From: Asterias rubens
Taxonomy: Eukaryota
Assembly: GCF_902459465.1 (NCBI RefSeq)
Contig: NW_022985698.1
Location: 124,001-188,000 of the forward strand
Direction of reading: 5' to 3'
DNA: 64,000 nucleotides
Positions 61,701 to 64,000 of this stretch are shown piece by piece. The notes under the pieces are model-generated. The model saw only the letters and a program-made list of their open reading frames with translations, was not told where the DNA came from and did no database searches. The number at the start of each line of letters is the position of its first letter. Position 1 is the first letter of the stretch. The position numbers and the translations under genes are program-made.

Positions 61701-62313
61701 ACGTAAAACTCAGAATGTCACCTCGGCTGTATGACCTTCCTTCAAATGTTGCAGTTCCTTGCATTGTCACTTGAACGTTGGTGGAGTCTGTGTCAGTTCC
61801 AATGATGGCAAAATGGCCAGGACGGTCACCTGTTGGCGTTACCACTACGTACTGCATACCAAGATTGTTCGTTGGAATACCGAGGAAGGCGTCCGTTGTA
61901 AAGTCCTGATACATTAAACCGTATGCAGAGACCTCGTTTGTCGCAGATATATCGATGGTTTTGAAGCTTCTTTCAGTGTCAGCCATTGTCAGTTCTACAG
62001 GCACCCGCACTTGTTTAAATCCACTTTGATCTACATCAAAGGTTTCTGTGAAGGGCTTGCCACCAACTGGATGTTTACTGCTTATGGTCACACTTGTGGT
62101 TTGCTGATTATTGAATGCAACCACTAAAATGAATAGCTCTCTGCTTGATAAGTCCGTGTCTTGGAAGTTATCAGTAAAGCCAACGATGAAGTGTGTACCT
62201 CTAGATATCCCACTGCAACCTGGCGCAATAGGTGTGAGTTGACCTTGAGCTTGGCCGTGTAAGAGTGCAAGTATGGTGACCAACCAGACACAACGACTCA
62301 CCACACTCTCCAT
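58753..62313 (-). CDS. Single-exon SUSD2/Mesh-like IgGFc-AMOP-VWD-Sushi-TM protein, 1186 aa, copy 2
   Basis: Same architecture. Start placed at MESVVSRC (62313), homologous to the copy 1 start and preceded by the same splice acceptor. Confidence 0.93.
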   Translation of the reverse strand: MESVVSRCVWLVTILALLHGQAQGQLTPIAPGCSGISRGTHFIVGFTDNFQDTDLSSRELFILVVAFNNQQTTSVTISSKHPVGGKPFTETFDVDQSGFKQVRVPVELTMADTERSFKTIDISATNEVSAYGLMYQDFTTDAFLGIPTNNLGMQYVVVTPTGDRPGHFAIIGTDTDSTNVQVTMQGTATFEGRSYSRGDILSFTLSYQEAVQIQSADDLTGSIIQADKPVAVFSGSECENNPGSYCDTLTEQLVPVKSWGQEHIYTASRSTDTNQYYIVSYFPGTNVSIPGLGTLTLNAGDSWEGILPGSGLVTSTRPILMMQQLATINGVPVDPSLIQVPAVEQFGSRFGFTTPPYSGGNEEGFFNFITIVVKRDARQTVYLNDAPISVTDGILPIDEHDVPESDYISITIQVPRGEGVYYVDSQSSPVSVIVYGFEYAETYGYAAGLSLNSNKQHLSFTPYFLRELGRERFSITVPCVQGSNDVSNDRKCKFSTGVGDVVVDGVRTGSYTLECITPAFYKNGLTAVYVSLDGGSTFPYSGVVYIPSEEDLPPLVTVQQMNQEASSRVVDLNSADPILISWDRTLVGDDVSQVTVMVRVSSYNTDGFPVLMEGVAVKSNVVNNGTLHIPGLDLKTVINPTSDEPSLVAFYVTQYKQRRRRDNVYALRIYSGLMHVIKSVANIPCSVFSRQLDDVASGLDPCPCTSNQANVNSLNFVEANFFNSFFHPGAKNCFRSTTSSSTGSGQQCCYGDNGDILVGSPGGGTADRFAPGDHFWLHQWYDVLPWLGCCKLSDNCEAYYDKRPSDDCSEYVPPRPAGGTGDPHITSLDGKRFTFNGAGEFLMASSVLHNLTFQARMEVYRDTKASVYTAVVIQTNDSAKVQVQRSNMNQTMILVDGETILKDSSPIPVQYHTGLRISFNRDLSEIKIALKSGVAVIVYVKPEVMSFIAQLDTKFKGQVNGLMGNMNEDPDDDLQYLNGSSLNTNASLYEIHELGLEWLVAEEDSIFTYISPYDYKTYLFPKFSPNLVTPDPNLISQEIKDLCGESFECIFDAMTTGSLSFANETLLVTGILETIQLMSSIKIVTCGFPGKVENGKINGSVYLENSTLRVSCDGGFYQQGSASLWCQGDGQWSSDLPVCVAEPIKVAVVLLIALASCTATVMAVLLIWAILHVKKTCKPTQVECER

Positions 62314-62396
62314 TTTGTAAACTGAACAGAAAATATAAAGATATAAAGCATTAGTATACAGGAAAAAAATAACTTCATTTTGCCACAACCGATTCT

Positions 62397-62882
62397 TTAA
62401 AGCAGTGGACACTATTGGTAATTACTCAAAATAATTATTAGCATAAAATCTTACTTGGTAACGAGTAATGGGGAGACGTTGGTAGCTCTACAACATTGGG
62501 AGAAACTGCTCCCTCTGTCATAGAGAGCAGTTTCTCCCAATGTTGTAGAACTATGAACAGCTCACCATTACTCGTTACCAAGTAAGATTTTATGCTAATA
62601 ATTATTTTGTGAAAGTATAACGTAGTTTTCGAGAGAGAAGTAATTTTCCACAAATTTGATTTCGAAACCTCATAATTAGATTTTTGAGGTCTCGAAATCA
62701 AGCATCTGAAAGCACAAAACTTCGTGTGACAAGGGTGTTTTTGTATTTCATTATTATCTAGCAACTTTGACGACCAAATGAGTTCAAGTTTTCATAGGTT
62801 TGTTATTTTTATGCATATGTTGAGATACACAAAGTGAGAAGTCTGGTCTTTGACTATTTCCCAAAGTGTCCAGTGTCTTTAA
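62397..62882. mobile_element. Family A MITE with an internal inverted duplication, in the copy 2 5' intron
   Basis: TTAA|agcagtggacact ... agtgtccagtgtct|TTAA; 62430-62610 folds back on itself. Confidence 0.88.
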
Positions 62883-63571
62883 GCATTTTCCCAAGTGTGC
62901 TCTGAAATATCCATGCTTATTTTTGTGTATTATAAAATAGCAGCGTACTGCTTGTGTTACGATAAGTGGAAAACGTGTCACACTCTCAAAACCCCGGTGC
63001 CAGTTTTGACCCGGTTCGTGGTTTCACGTGGGTTTGACCCATCTGGATCAAACTGGCGCAGTATCTGTAGTTCAAATCCAAACACAGTTATCGGATCAGC
63101 CTGAACCACAACTGGGTCGAGCCCCGGGACCCATGATCCGGATCAACGCTGACCCCGGGTGCGATTTTACAATGACTTTACTTAGAACTAGTCCTAATAT
63201 AACTTAGGACTGGTCCTATAGGAGATATTAACAACTTAAGGCTAGTCCCAAGTTACTCGAGACAAGACTAATTCTTTTTGAAGTCCAACATATCTCTTCA
63301 TTTATAGCCTAAGTAATCTATCCTTATACTACAATACAAACTCGTCTGGAATCATTTCACATAATCCACGTGCATGAATGAACAACATGTTTTATTGCCA
63401 TACATCATGTTTATGGTATTTTTCATAATTTTCCGTCAAAAGACTCATACGGCTGATTGCCTTTGCATGAACCATCCAAAGATGCGTTGTCAGTGGTAGG
63501 AACTTGCTTTTTATTGGAACCTCTCACAGGATTCATACCTCTGATTGACTTTTGTGCAAAATAGTATACAC

Positions 63572-63727
63572 ATAATGAATGTTTATGAGTGCAATGGTGC
63601 GAATATGTTCATGAGTTGAAAGATGGAATGTTCTATTCAACGAGGCGGAGCCGAGTTGAATGGAACATTCCAGCTTTCAACGAATGAACATATTCGCACC
63701 ATTGCACGAATGAAAAACATTCATTAT
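63572..63727. mobile_element. Palindromic element, unclassified
   Basis: ataatgaatgtt..gtgcaatggtgcgaatatgttcat ... atgaacatattcgcaccattgcac..aacattcattat, centred on cgaggcggagccgag. Confidence 0.75.
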
Positions 63728-64000
63728 TTGTTTTATATAACATCCAAGTAGATCTTTGTCATTTTGATTGAAAGACACAACTTTCAAAACAAACAAAGCG
63801 TAGGCCTATAATTTTTTATTGTATAATCCGAATGCTAGTATTAGTAATTTTACTAATGTTATTCCTTGCAGTAACACTGCTGCATACAAAGACGCGCACG
63901 CAGTGATGTTTTTACTCAGCTTTTTCGTTCCATCCGAAAAGTACCATTGCACGCTGGCAGCGTGCAATGGTACTTTTCGGATGGAACGAAAAAGCACGGT

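Noticed and set aside
50770-62313. Horizontal transfer from bacteria as the cause of the intronless receptor genes
   Set aside because: The AMOP-VWD-Sushi-TM combination, the signal peptide and the spliceosomal 5' UTR acceptor are metazoan features; retroposition or intron loss is simpler.
62314-62412. 33-aa N-terminal extension of copy 2 given by the ORF track
   Set aside because: It runs through the conserved splice acceptor and into a MITE end; the homologous start and signal peptide begin at 62313.
6336-62764. Recurrent 60-110 aa ORFs such as MKEKTPLSHEVVCFQMLDFETSNSKS or CAFRCLISRPQILNL
   Set aside because: They are translations of family A MITE bodies, with variable frames and stops among copies and no transposase motifs.

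Overview
Eukaryotic, AT-rich, repeat-dense genomic DNA with spliceosomal GT-AG introns and two short N gaps (10438-10581, 19245-19384). The gene set and repeat style suggest an invertebrate deuterostome, probably an echinoderm such as a sea star; this taxonomy is inference only. Genes: (1) the last two exons of an unidentified + strand gene; (2) a two-coding-exon FAM167-family gene on the - strand (20150..11653); (3) two tandem four-exon clan-2 cytochrome P450 genes on the + strand (37200-42030, 493 aa; 44054-47125, 513 aa); (4) two tandem paralogues on the - strand whose whole CDS is a single exon (50770-54297, 58753-62313). These encode SP-IgGFc-binding-TIG-AMOP-VWD-Sushi-TM proteins of the SUSD2/Mesh/MUC4 type. 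The intergenic and intronic space holds about 20 TTAA-flanked Kolobok-like MITEs, other foldback MITEs, tRNA-derived SINEs, an internally deleted Tc1 element nested in a MITE, and degenerate hammerhead-like motifs. The two most unusual observations are these. First, an 11-unit higher-order tandem array (AAABB-AAABB-A) built from the splice acceptor plus the heme-cysteine coding start of the P450 last exon. Second, the intronless receptor pair, whose N-terminal domains differ by a strongly directional charge shift (about -11) next to a ~440 bp identical tract. No prokaryotic system, CRISPR array, rRNA or intact tRNA was found. Repeat coordinates were read by eye and may be off by a few bases.
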